Part shown: piece after piece, positions 27,901 through 40,800 of the stretch
How positions within the stretch are numbered: position 1 is the stretch's first letter
Layout: every line of letters begins with the position of its first letter
Source: Tubulanus polymorphus
Taxonomy: Eukaryota > Animalia > Nemertea
Direction of reading: 5' to 3'
Length of the DNA stretch: 64,000 nucleotides
Assembly: GCF_964204645.1 (NCBI RefSeq)
Contig: NC_134029.1
Span: 20,888,950-20,952,949, forward strand
Made by a program: the position numbers and the translations under genes
The notes under the pieces: generated by a model
What the model saw: the letters and a program-made list of their open reading frames with translations, nothing else
Told to the model about the DNA's origin: nothing
Database searches by the model: none

Positions 27901-28050
27901 ATTGTAGTCGTTATGGCATTGCAATTATTTGTATGCTACAAATGTATATTCTTTTTATATAGTATTATCGCTATAATTTTTTTTATTACGATAATTTCTA
28001 AAATGTTTTTCCTCGTTTTCTACTACACGTACACAGGCCGTTTTTGAATA

Positions 28051-31000
28051 ATGCCTCCGACATATGAAGATCGACCGTCATCGACAATGTACCCATCGAC
28101 AAACCACGCCGAGAATGGAGACAACACGACCACGTCGCAGACGCGCAAATCTGCTGACGGCCATCGTCTGCCCGTAAACAACAAATCGTTCGTTCGAAAA
28201 TCTTTAAACGATTATTTTCGCCGGGAGCCGTGTTTGTATTCGGCGTGTGTGTTGCGACACGCCGGTAAGGTATTCCAGGCGTTACGGCACGATATACCCG
28301 ATGATAATCCCTACACCAGACACATGAAGAAAAAAGACGACACGAAAAAACCGGCGGAATTACCGCAGATCGAATTCGCCAATGATAAAGACAAACGCCG
28401 CACGTTCGAGTTAGCTTTCGCTACTTTGAAATGTAAGTTTTTTCGCCTTATTTATTACGCGTTACACGAAGCGCTGTCTCCGGAAAGTCTTGTTTTAGTT
28501 CGTGACAATAAAGGGATTTTTTTTGTAGAATCCAAAATGTTTGTTCGTGAAAACAAAAGATTTCTTTGTCAACCTCGGTGACTTATGTAAGACTAAAAGG
28601 TTTCCATGTCGTATATTCCCACATATAACATACCCACTGACACGTTTTGTTTTTGTCAAAGAAATTCTTTAAAACGGTTAGTAAATATTTTCAGTGTTTG
28701 GAATTCTTTTGAAAAACGAACGATTGTTTTGCGTTTAAAAAACAAATTTCTGGACGAGCAGTTCATACTGGAATAGATCGTTCTGTATTTCTGGACCCGG
28801 TTTTATAGACTGGTATTAACTTTAACCCATGGGTTAACTCAACCGGAATTGAATTGAGTTAGCCCCTGGGTTAAAATTAACACCAGTCTATACAACCGGG
28901 CCCTGTAGAATAGCAAGAATTTACCTCATATTTCAGACTGAACTACAAATTGCACATTCACTGGGTCAGTAAGGACCCTGAGAACATTTCAATACCTCAA
29001 GTCTTTAATCCTGTCAGTAAACATTATCATTATTATTGCCAGTACTGGTCAATGTTTACTCTTCGCGATTGACAAACATTTTCGTAAAACTAAAGTCAAT
29101 TTGAATAAATTTTAGTTTATAATATTTAGATAGTATTCGGCAAATCAATAAGGCAAACCTTGGACAGAGGAAACTTTCCCGCGAGTAAAAGTTGATTTGT
29201 TCCGTGCTGGGCATCTTTTTATTGAATTGAAAACATATATGTGCATACAGCCAGGGTTCATCTGTGTGTCAAACGTTTAAAACACATTCAGATCAAGTTT
29301 ATCTAGATTTTCAGATTTATTCTGAATGGATATCTCATTTAATACATTATTCAAATTGTCATGTATTTTATGGGTTTTCTCGTAATCTGTCATTTTGCCT
29401 GTCTACCTGTCAACCGGCTTTAACAAGCAGTTTGACAGTTTTGTTAATGAAAGCAAAATATCTTTGCACTTCAATACACTCTTAGATCGTGTTATTTTGT
29501 ACGGTGGCTGATTTTGCAATATTTCGTCGATACTTTTCATATTCGTGATATTAGATTTTTTTTGGCCGAGTATTTTTTGTCGAATGATATTACAGCTCTG
29601 CCCCGTTGCTCCATGACTTTCAAACTCATGGTTTAGGGGTCGTCTGATATAATGAACGAGATAAGTGTTTAATCTTTTAGGAGTGACACATTCTCTCCGT
29701 GGGAGTCTATATTATCGATTAGATGCCGGGTCACTTGAAGGGAGCCCAGAAATATTAGATTTTCTAAATGGATTTCCTGGTTATGCGGTCGAATCGATCA
29801 ACAAAAGTTCCGGAAATTAGAGGAAACTTGGCCTGTGACGGCAACACGTTTGATATTACGGAATAAAAAATTCCTGTTTACTCGCTATTCAGAATTTACC
29901 AAGGCGCTTAGTGCTACTGTTGATCTGCTGTACAATTTTTTCCTTTTCGCGTCGAATGCATGAACAAGGACCCGATTCCTTCGATTTGATTTTGTGTCTG
30001 TTGAAGTCAGTTCATTTTCCAACTGTTCGAGTCATTTTCAGACCCAGAGCAGCTGAATTTCTCCATTATCTAGAGTGGCCGACATTGTGCTAAACAAAAA
30101 TGTTACCTTGTTTCTCCTAATCACTTGGTAGTAAATTTCAATAAAACATGCAGTTAATTTCTCTGTTATCTGTTTAGCTTGATTGTGATTAAGCTGGGTC
30201 AACTTTTAAGCTCGAGAAATAAGGTAGCAATATTTCATGCCTTATCAAGCTGTGAAATATAACCATTTATGAGCCGTCGTTGATATGATATACTTGCTGT
30301 AATGAAAGAATGAAATTAAAATCGAAGTTGACTCCATTCACATCTAGGATTGAAAATGAACCAATTCTGATTGTAGAGAATAATTCCCAACTCTAAGCCC
30401 TAAGGATAGATTCTATGATAAACGTTGATGTCGTTATTTACTGTTTTTCATCAATAATAGCGACTGTCGCCTCATTAGTAATCGAATCGTTGGCAATACA
30501 AGAAAAAAGCCATACGCGATCTTGAACTTGATCTGCCCCTCAGACGTGTTCAATAAGAGTAAATAGCTTGATCGAAGTAATTTTCTCTGACTTAGTTCAT
30601 TGAATACCCGTGGAACATATACAAAAAATGCTCATATAACTGACTATTGCCCGTAGGCCATTCAGAAGCGTCTGATTAGTTTCCCACCAGACACGAAATA
30701 AATTGCAATCGTAAAAGTGTTTATATCACCGTGAAGCGTGTTGGTTTATACGTAATAAAATCTTGTGATTCAAAGATTTGTAAAAGTTTTGTCAGCCAAC
30801 TAAGAAAATAAGTTATAAATTCTAGTAACACAGAAATGTTCGATTAGTGAGCATTGAAAGGTGTCTTTGAAGTTTTTAACGATTCTTGACGATAAAAATC
30901 TCAATGATTTCTTTTCTTTGCAGATCAACCGATCCTAGAAACTATGCTAGACGACGTAGCGTTCTTTTCTCAATATCCCGAGGTAAATTGAGTGTCGCGA

Positions 31001-34000
31001 TTATCATCTGATATCGTAGTCTATATTGTTATGTTGGACACCTTATGATATGTAACCATAGAAACTTGGGAATTAGTGTTTTACAGAGGGTCAACAGCAG
31101 TTCATTTTCAATAAGAGACTCAAGAAGAATCTAGATTGAGTTTGTCGATTAAACAGGGTGGCAACTGACCTGAAAGTCAGATAATCAGAAAAATCTAGAA
31201 AACAAATCAGGGAAAACTCTTGGGAATTTGACAGATTTTGCAAAATTAACCGGATAACTCCGGGAATAATGAATAAATCATAACATTCTAATACCAAGAA
31301 ATTTCTTAATTTTGGAAACTTTGCCTCATAACAAGTAAAGAAGTAAAAATTGGAACACTAGAAAGTGGCCACCCTGTTAAATCAACATCTTTTTCAGTTT
31401 AAACTTCTTTAATCCAAACATGTATTCTAATCAAGCTAAGCCCTGTCCCCTTTACTTTATTGTTTAGAATACCGTGGTAACTGTGTGGAAATACTGTGGG
31501 GATATTACGTTAGTATCAGATGTATTTTTACATTATCTGCACCCAGTGTGTAAAGCTAGCTGTGCTGGTGTCGTCTGCTGATGTCGTCTCGACACGCATG
31601 CATAACTATAGCAGAACTCTGCCATAACGCTGATTAACGGGGTTCTGAACGAAAACAAATCAGTCACATCCAAAGCTGATTAACTATTGACAAACTGTCG
31701 ATACGAAAACAAATCCGCGTTATTTGCCTGATGGTAAAATAGATTGATCCGATCAAGAATCGATTAGTATTGAGTGTTTATTTCAATGCCTAGTGATTTA
31801 CGTGCCCGATGTCACACTCAGTCGAGCAGAATATTCCATCAGTCATAAGCCATCAGTCATCAGTTTTAAATTCCTCTTCATCCGGTATAAACAGCGAAGA
31901 ACTCGTATTCAAATATTCGTAAAAACTTCGATTCTTAAAAAAAAACTGTGTGCAATGAATATAGAATATAGCTAGATAATACATGATTAAAACCGAAAAT
32001 GCCTAAGTTTTACAGATTCAAGGCAAAATTTATTATTCAAAACGGAGGACACAACGGTTCGAATTCTCTTTAGAAACCATCGTCAGAAGTCACACATTTT
32101 AATTTTGCAATGATAGATTTTACTTTTAATCATTTAAACTTGTACACTGGGTTTTAATCATTCAAATCTTCACGTCTTCAGTGTACGGGCTATTCTACTA
32201 CAGATAACATAGACATTAACTTTCGCAAAATGTGTCAAAAGTTCAAGTTTAAACCGAACGTACACGACGAAGCAGGGAAACAAGGAAACATGAAACATGG
32301 AATCAACTGTATTTGATCTCGGAAAAATTGTTTCCCGTAATCGCACACGACATAAGCTAGCGCTCGGAAACATGTTTCCGTCTCCTGTTTCCGTTTTTCC
32401 CAGCGCCGTGTATATTTGATACAATCTTTGTACATTGTCGTCCTTACAGCCAACGTTCCTCTATGAGTTCACAAGTTCTGATAAAAATCCTCCGTTTTTT
32501 TTTTCATTTTAAGCTGAAAGAAGAAGAAGGCGCAGTCGTCGTCACGTTGTACGATTTCCAAAATCGCAAATATCAAAAACGGACTCCAGGAATCAACGAA
32601 GAACCGGATGAAGTGATCGAACTCATCGAACAAGCTTTGTACGAAGATAAAACGAAACTGAACGCCGCTTTAGCGCGTAGTCGAATCAAAGCTAATGCTC
32701 GTAGTATCGACTATCTGTTGCCGGAAAATGTCCGCGTGAAAGAGAAAAACAGCGGCAGTGTACCCGTAACAGCGTGGATTAATCTATATAAAACAAGGTA
32801 TAGACATCATCACAATATGCACGGTAACCACAATACTGAGAAATGGGAAATACTTGGAAATTCAAAAATAGTATTTCCCAGTTTGGAAGAAAGATTTTGT
32901 TGGGAATTAGGTAGATGTTTGTCTAATGGGGGAAATATTTGGGAAATTCATTTTACACTTCACGTAGCATAGTTCTCGGATGTCAATTGCTTGCCTTAAG
33001 CAACTTTCTCCGGCAATATTTCTTGAAAATCGCCTTCATCAACCAATCACCAGTTTTTGTATCATGATGGTTTGGTTTCACGGTGGTTCACTTTTAGGCC
33101 CTATTTCCATTTGGAATGATTGAAAAACCGCCCATGAAAAATACTTTGGAATTTTGAATTCATGTCACTGTGGGAACAATGAATATGGGTCTCTTCCGTA
33201 GAATAAGGACCACTTTATAACGCTGTAATTTCCCCTGTTTAATCGATAGTCGATCTAATTGTATCCGGTTCCAGTCTTTCAGAAGTGGTAGATGCGCTAA
33301 AAGACGACAGGTATTGTATGAAGGCGTCTGCCGAACGTCTGAAGGATGAACAGTTCGCCGTGGATGAGTATTGTAACGACGTATTGATGTTTCCAGCCGA
33401 TAAACTAGAAACATTAAAACATCACGAACTCGTTCAACAAAACAAACTTATCATACAGGTATTCAACTTATCATACAGGTATTCAAGGGACAGTCAAATG
33501 TGGAAATCTAAAAAATCAAAAACGAAGATTTCAGAATTGATCATACGCATGGCAACCTTACCTAAAAATCTGTTGTCATTCTTAAGTGACTGGGGCTTTA
33601 ATTCTTTTCAACACTATCAACTGAATAAACTATTTCAATTATTATAGAATTGGGCATATACATCTATAGTTTAGACAGGTGGGAATGTTAGAAGTAAAAA
33701 ATTAAAAAATAGGATGAAAATGATCATACAACTGGTAGCCTTACTTAAAAATCTGTCGTCATTCGTAAGCTATAATTCTTTGAGGAATTAATTTGTTCAC
33801 TGAATAAACTATCTGAATTACGTTATAGGATTGGACGAGTTGTTTAGGACCACATACGGTTAAACAGATACTGGGAGATGACGCAGACGTCATACACGTG
33901 AATATAGGATCGGTATTGACTACTGCTCATATCGGTAGTTTAATGGGTTCTAGCGATTCTATGGTGCTCGGATTCGGTGTTCAAGATGAAGCGCGCGCCG

Positions 34001-36098
34001 AGGAATTACAACAAAAACTAGACAATCTCGAAGCCAAAAGTATCCTTTCCTTCCTTAACTGTCTTCCGAAGATATGGAAATCTGCTCATTTCATCTTAAC
34101 TCCGTTTCCCATTTTAAACGAAAATTCTTACGGAATTTGTATTGCCTAAAATTGTTTCTGAAATTTGTCCAAGTGAGTTTATGTAATGCCTTAATGTGTA
34201 ATTAGATGTGAAGCTAATATCGGAACAGTTTTTGGATGTTGATCCTGAGGAGCCAAAATATCGCGGTATTAAAGTGATATTCATCACTGCTGAATGCAGT
34301 AAAACAGCTATCGCCAATCCTATAGATTTCATAGTCAATGAAGGAGAAGGTATGTTAGTGGGTGGAGTCCAATTTCTAAGCTTACGATCCCCGTTGTACA
34401 TCTTCGTTTTTGGTGGGTTGAAACGAGCGGAACATCGTTACAAAGAACTCCCAGGCGCCAAAGAAAATCTTTTCATAACTCCAAAATACGGAGAACTTAC
34501 CCAGAATCTAGTTAGAATGCATGTACAGTGAACGTATAATCTAACAGTTTTCGTCTGTCTTACTTGGTGTTAATTGATTGGATTCTTGCAGGTTGAGTCA
34601 GGAAAAACAACTTACATATCAGGGAATAGATTACATTTCTCAATTTTATATATATTTTTCCAGATGTCTCGATCCTAAAAGATCTGTCAACGGGAGAATT
34701 CGATATGTCGAAAATCGGCGAATTAATTGGAAAACATAGTGCGCTTTTGCGACATGCTTTAAAATGTAAGTTCACTCGCGGATGACAATAAATACCAATT
34801 GCAGATATAAACATATATTGAGCAATGAAATAAATTATAATTTTTTTTCAGTTCCACGCGTGGCGTCAGTCGTATTCGTTACCAGATCCGTGCAAGAGCA
34901 AGAAAACGAATCGTGCATTAACAAAGCTATAGAATACATCAACACATTTCAACAGAACACGAAGAAAATTCCGTTTAGAGCGCGACCACCAGTTCTCCCA
35001 CCTGTCAATACTGAAATGGTTTGTGGTGCAATTCTCTTTTGATTCGCTAGGGTTCTTCGCGTCCTCCTTTGAGTCGCTATTGCCTTCAATTCCTACCCGT
35101 CCCAACTTTCCGTTTTTTGATGATTTGTAGAATGGTTACAGTACGATGAATGGAACTCTGCCGTATCAAACTGAAGAGCCGCTGTCCGTAGCAAATAGAC
35201 AACAACAGAAATGGCTGAAGTTCGAACCGTCCAGCGCGCATAACGGATGTTTTGTGGCTATCATATCCAGAGAGGTAAACAAATAAACCTTCCTCTATAT
35301 GTTTCATATGACTGGCAGTGAAAATTAACTAATCAAAGAGAAAAATTCGAATTATGATTATGTTACGGTAAGATCGCACAGTACAGGAAAAGAAAATGAA
35401 TCCGTTTCGAATATATCCTAATAGTCATCTGCATGAATATTGTAGTATTCCCGAAGAAGACTTTCGGGATTTAGTCGAAAGGTCGAAATAATGTCAGTAT
35501 AGCCGAAGGAAACTTTTCTGACTAATTTTTCTTGTCTGTATTGTGGGGGGATTTTACCGTATTATCGTTTCAGCACGAAGTCACAGTGTTTTTATCGAGA
35601 TTTGTATGGTAATATATTGAGTAAGATTCCAGCATCTGAAATGTTTTACAGGGAGAAGAAGTCAAGGAGTCGGCTAAGGATGTACTCGCACGTGCCCAGG
35701 CGCGCGGATTATTCAGCGGAACTGGAGGCAAACATAAAAAAGAAAAGGCTGAGAAAGTTTCTAAAAGCGAGACGGAAGCCGCGGTGACTAGCGGCGGTGG
35801 CGGCGGCGGTGTGGAACGGCCAAAAACTGCTAAACCTTCCGCAGGTTCTCGTCGCAGGAATAAATCACCCGCTAAACGAGTACAAAGCACTCCTCAAAGA
35901 ATTTCTACCTCGTCGGCTTCGTCGAAGAAAAAATCAAACGCGAAGTCTCCTGCGAGCGGCGCTGGGGTCAGGACTCAACTGTCTTTAACTACGAAGGTGT
36001 TCCCGCAATCGTTGGATTCGCCTCAGTTGCAGAGAGACGAGAGAAAAATCTTATCCGAACATCAGAAAGTCATCAAACACCCGATGCCATTCAGGTGA
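28051..36098 (+). CDS. NSUN7: NSUN7-like protein (NOL1/NOP2/Sun RNA m5C methyltransferase fold, probably inactive)
   Basis: Exons 28051-28432, 30924-30982, 32514-32797, 33275-33458, 33829-34039, 34206-34349, 34664-34765, 34852-35018, 35131-35274, 35652-36098. NSUN7 signatures: FELAFATLKYQPILETML, VVVTLYDFQNRK, KTKLNAALARSRIK, LLPENVR, AWINLYKT, NPIDFIVNE, LLRHALKFP, NGCFVAII, DVLARAQARGL. Confidence 0.9.
28791..28905. repeat. Palindromic (foldback) short interspersed repeat
   Basis: About 52-nt imperfect inverted arms (ggacccggttttatagactggtattaac...gttaactcaa / ttgagttagc...ccagtctatacaaccgggccc) around a short spacer; related copies near 11374-11470, 46250-46380 and 60833-60915. Confidence 0.75.
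31154..31376. mobile_element. MITE with CAGGGTGGC termini (hAT-like ends)
   Basis: TIR CAGGGTGGC[A/C]ACT / AGTGGCCACCCTG, TTAAA on both flanks; degenerate relatives with cagggaa/ctcggggaatt internal motifs in CBP introns (about 1480-1752, 10588-10823, 12243-12440). Confidence 0.75.
34040..34205 (+). other. U12-type (minor spliceosome) GT-AG intron in NSUN7
   Basis: 5' site GTATCCTTT (exact U12 consensus), branch-like TGCCTTAAT at 34187-34195 ending about 10 nt before the AG, no polypyrimidine tract; splicing restores the frame (EAK-N-VKLISEQF). Confidence 0.85.
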
Positions 36099-36702
36099 AT
36101 AACATCCTCCTCATATTTATGGACACGCACTAGTTAAGCTACGCACCTGCACAAAATCTGTTATCGATATAGATCTATATTTTCGACTTTGGTGGATTAA
36201 CTCAATATATACCTGCTACAAGATTTAACCTAGTACATCAGATGTAATCAAAAAGAAATGACTGATTTTTACCCGTCGGAGATTTTACATCTGCTGAGCA
36301 TTAGTTAGAATTCATATATCATTGATAGTTAGACGTGCTTTTATAATGCTTCGAGATTTTCAACTGATTTTTGTAGCTTTCGCTTTTTCGCAATAACATC
36401 ATTTTCCATTCAAATCTAGAATGAAATTACAAGATCGTGTTAGACTTTTGTAGACGTACATTCTTCAATTTGCACGGATTTATATGTGACATACATTATA
36501 CCTCATCTTTATATGGCAATTTAATTCATCTATTATGAAATCTTTTGATGTCACAGAAAAAGGAAAAGAAACATTTTAATTTCCGCGTAAGTGGTATGTA
36601 TTTGTCGTGTATGACCTGTACAGTAGACTACATCTTGCTCGGTACCGGTCGAAGTCGGTTCGATTTTTGGGATGAACAATTTCCAGCATTTTGTGAAATA
36701 TT

Positions 36703-36972
36703 TATGGGGTGGATCGGGTGGTGGACTAGTCCACCCCATCGAAATCCGAATGTGCCCTGTAATAAGTCTGGAAATTCTTTTTGGCCAAGAAAAAATTAGA
36801 AATAAAGAAGAGACGAAAAATCCGAATGGGCTCTTCAGGCAGAAAAGCCCCTTTTTGTCCTAGATTTCTCGTGGGAGGTCCACCAGAACCCCCACCATGC
36901 AGCCCTCGCATTGCTCTTTTCAAATTAAGTGTCCATCCCATCCCCTGCAACGAATCCTAGATCCGCCCTTAT
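36703..36972. mobile_element. MITE of the GGGGCGGATC-terminus family
   Basis: Left atggggtggatc, right gatccgcccttat; G/C-run-rich interior; same terminal type as 52940-53167. Confidence 0.55.
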
Positions 36973-37540
36973 AGTCCCAACGCTACCGAGTAAAACGTAG
37001 CTACTTAATGATTCACTACGATGGATATGGCGACTGTTTCTAATATTGATATCTATCAAAAATGTATAACGTACATGACGTGTAAACCTGACTGATATAT
37101 TTACTAAATTTATCCTGCCATTTATCAACATGTTATGCTCGCTAACGGAAAACAAAAATAGAGGTTAATCATCTTTTACATGTCGTAGCTGTTACTATCA
37201 TTGCTGTGCAATCTATATTCTACCTATAAACTGTACATGTATAACAGTGAACCCTCTTTATCATGATTTGTTTCTTCGTCCAGATAAATTTCTTTAGTTC
37301 TGATATCGTTTTAAATGTTATAAGTCTTGTCAGAATGAAAGTACTCACCATCAGGTCGTATTTTTGCTATGACGTTTTGATGGGTTTCCCATAGGTAGGA
37401 CAAGGGGGACTTTATCTAAAGATTAAGATTTAGAAACAAGAACAAGCCATTAAGAAAGGTGATCAGGATGTTGATATGATAAAGAGGGGTTACATGTTAA
37501 TGCGCTCTAATCTTGGGTGTAATCGTTTCTTTCGAAATGG

Positions 37541-37640
37541 TTACTACTCCGTGCTCTTGAATTACATACACATAACATTGTCGTGTTTCTTACTACTCCA
37601 TGCTCTTGAATTACATACACATAACATTGTCGTGTTTCTT
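37541..37640. repeat. Tandem duplication, 49-bp unit x2
   Basis: ttactactcc(g/a)tgctcttgaattacatacacataacattgtcgtgtttc repeated with one mismatch. Confidence 0.9.
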
Positions 37641-38093
37641 TCTATGTTGACAGCAGCGACACTAACCCGCACCAGTTACAGCATCGCGCGAATTCCAGGC
37701 TGCTTCCTAACGGTATCGTTCTTCTGCCATGTGCCTGTAAAGATTGCACAGTAACGCCCCCTATGCAGATCAGGTATACACTGAACGGTGTGCACCTTAC
37801 GTGGCTAATCAGAGGCGCAGCGCACCCCAATCAGCGAAATAACACATTCAAGATGATACGCATGAAACCAATTCGACTAATTCCATTTCAATTAGGATGA
37901 TTTCCAATTTATTGATTTTGACAAAACTTCTAAAATGGTTTCTTGGGGTACCATCCTGCAGTAGTATAGTATTTTGGTGTTAGTATCTTCGTTTCAGCGC
38001 ATAGGTTAAAAACGATTTTATAGACTTTGCCAAATTTGTTTGCACGCGTTGACTTTTGCACGTAATTTTACTATTGTAGTTGATTTTATTGAA

Positions 38094-38232
<139 letters not shown>

Positions 38233-38299
38233 ACAATAAGCATGCACCGAAATTTCTCAATAGACAATTCGATCCACGCCAACTATACTTCTTAACTTC

Positions 38300-38517
38300 C
38301 AGGGAGCGCGGAGCAGGGGGCAGGGAGTCTTTAATTCCCCTCCCAATGCCGGCAAAATTTCGATCGAAGAAATTTGAAATAAAAAGTGCTTTCCTGCAAT
38401 TTGATGTAAGCCTACGGACCCCAATTCCGCCATAAAAACTTAGCCCTTTCAGTGCACCCTGTGTTAATGCGATGCCAGTTCACCCCTCCCAATCTCGAGG
38501 CCGCTCCGTAGCCCCTG
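38300..38517. mobile_element. MITE with imperfect CAGGG termini
   Basis: Left CAGGGAGCGCGGAGC, right GCTCCGTAGCCCCTG (reverse complement CAGGGGCTACGGAGC). Confidence 0.55.
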
Positions 38518-40800
38518 AAGTCAGCGTTCATGTTGCTTTGATAATTTAGGCGATTTATGTGTTTCAAAGTTCTGTCTCATAGAAAGCTTTATTCGTTGTG
38601 TCGTGATTTTCTTTCGATTTTGCTTTATTTGTTAGTGATAACGATTAGTCAGAGGAAAATCGAGGAATGCAACACGACTGATGGTCAAACGATGTCTACC
38701 AGCCCGGCGGCCGAATACTCATCAGGAAAATACAAAACCATCGATGTTGAACTAGGACCGGTTGATCTAGGACTCTCGATCCCTCTCATTAAAACAGTTT
38801 CAAAGTGAACTGCTGTGCTCGTCCTGTTAGCCAATTTTTCAGGGTAATATTGATTGTAAATAAGAAAATAAATGCGCATTTAATTATAACTATCAAAATC
38901 AGTTAAATACCACGATCAACTCACATTTAAGATGTAGTCAAGTTAATTGATATAAAGATTATTTTACTGGAAATAGGCGTACATTGGAGATGTATCGCTT
39001 CTTTATTTCTTTTGTCTCAGAATTCTATTGGTTTTAGTTGAACTGGTCTGTACATTGTACCGTAAAATGTGATATTGTTAGATTTGAAACGATTTATTCT
39101 TGTAAAATTAGAATTGTTGATATCTAAATAAAGTATAACTACTTCTAAAATTCATGTTCTTCCACACTCGTTAGCATTCGGGAAGCTGTTTATTGTTTAC
39201 TGTAGGTCCAACCAAGTTAAACCGAACCCAACCGCTTATATTCATCACGCTACGGGAATCCAGAATCCACGCCAGTCTAAATAGCTTAATCATCCGTTTC
39301 TAAAGCAATTCCCTCTAGTCGATGTCTTAGATCTGCAAATCGAGTTATTCGGTCTCCTGTACTTTTTGATATACCGGTACGGTACTCTTAGCCTCAGCTG
39401 CAATCTACCTTTTCATTTTCGCAGATGAGCGCTTTTATTGATTATGAGTCTGGTGTAAAAACAATGGCTTACCTTTTCAAACTACATTGTCATTTTTCAT
39501 TGTCAGATTTTTACCGTTCAGTGCTGTCCCTATATACAACATTAGCGGTAAAAATGTGAACTAACACAGCGGCATGATATTCTTACTGTGGCATGCGAGT
39601 AATAAATCAGTTCGTGACTGAGAATGCAGGTGGCGCAAAATTGGACAGGCGACCAGTCTATTCGCCAGCGATGGTAGACTGGTTACGTGCGAATGGGACA
39701 GGCAGCCGTCAGCACTTTACGGGTTACAATTTTTACGTATCTCGATACTCCTGTGGCATGCAAGTGATATAACCTCAACCCACATTTATTTCTTATTTAC
39801 TTATTTTCTTTTTTATTTCGTAAAAGCGCGAGCTTTTCAGGAACAGCGTTGTGATGATCAATCGCTACACTACCAAGGTCCTGGGTTCAAATCTAGACTT
39901 GATAATAAAGATGGAATTTCTTGGGGAAAAATGATACTATACAAAGGTCCTTAATTCAAAAAGATTAAATAAAGCAATTTTTCAATATCATTTAATTTAT
40001 CGACAGTTTTATTTATCAAATTCAATACTTGAACAGCACAATATACAAAATATATATACAACCATTTACAATAATACGATATATCGATTTGGTCCAGTTC
40101 AACAGAATCTCGAGGAATCTACCCTCGCGCTCTATACTATCATAGTTAGACTACAAAATTTACCTACAAAAACAACGGCTTTTAAATACATTCAAAGCAA
40201 TCACCAGGTGGGATATGAAATCAATATTTCAAAACCATTTAGCAAATGCCCATTTAATCTTTAACATGTTCAGCATTCTACTACGTCATTACGTTTAATG
40301 AGAATGTGTAAAAGTAATCTACCGAAAAACATCAACAATGTTTTTTAATCAAGAGAAAATATACCGAATCTAAGCTGAATTACCAATAGAGATGAAGGTT
40401 ACGAACAACATTTGGCACAGGGTTCTTAACGGGTTTCCCAATTTCATTTTCTACACCCGGATTATAAATTATCCATACCCCCTACGTTACACATCGTCAA
40501 CCTAGAACAGGCAAGGTAAGCCTATTCACAGGAAATACTTGTGCCAATTATCAATACTATCTACTAGGTGTTTGCATGAAGTTAAGCCGAAAATTCAAAA
40601 TACTATGTAGAAGGAAAATTTTATTTTGGGACCATTTTCTGATTTTCCATTTCTTTTTCCATAGCCAGATGATAAAAAAAATTCAATGGCCTTTCAAGGC
40701 CTAGGTAAAAAATCCGATATTCAAAAACTTTCCAAAACGCATAAGAACTCTGTTGGCAGTAGTTTGTGAGCTGACCGCTAGATGGCAGGGTATGTAAGCG

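Noticed and set aside
36093-36100. NSUN7 terminal TGA as selenocysteine or as part of an AG|GTGA donor
   Set aside because: No SECIS-like hairpin or convincing downstream coding exon was seen; treated as the stop codon.
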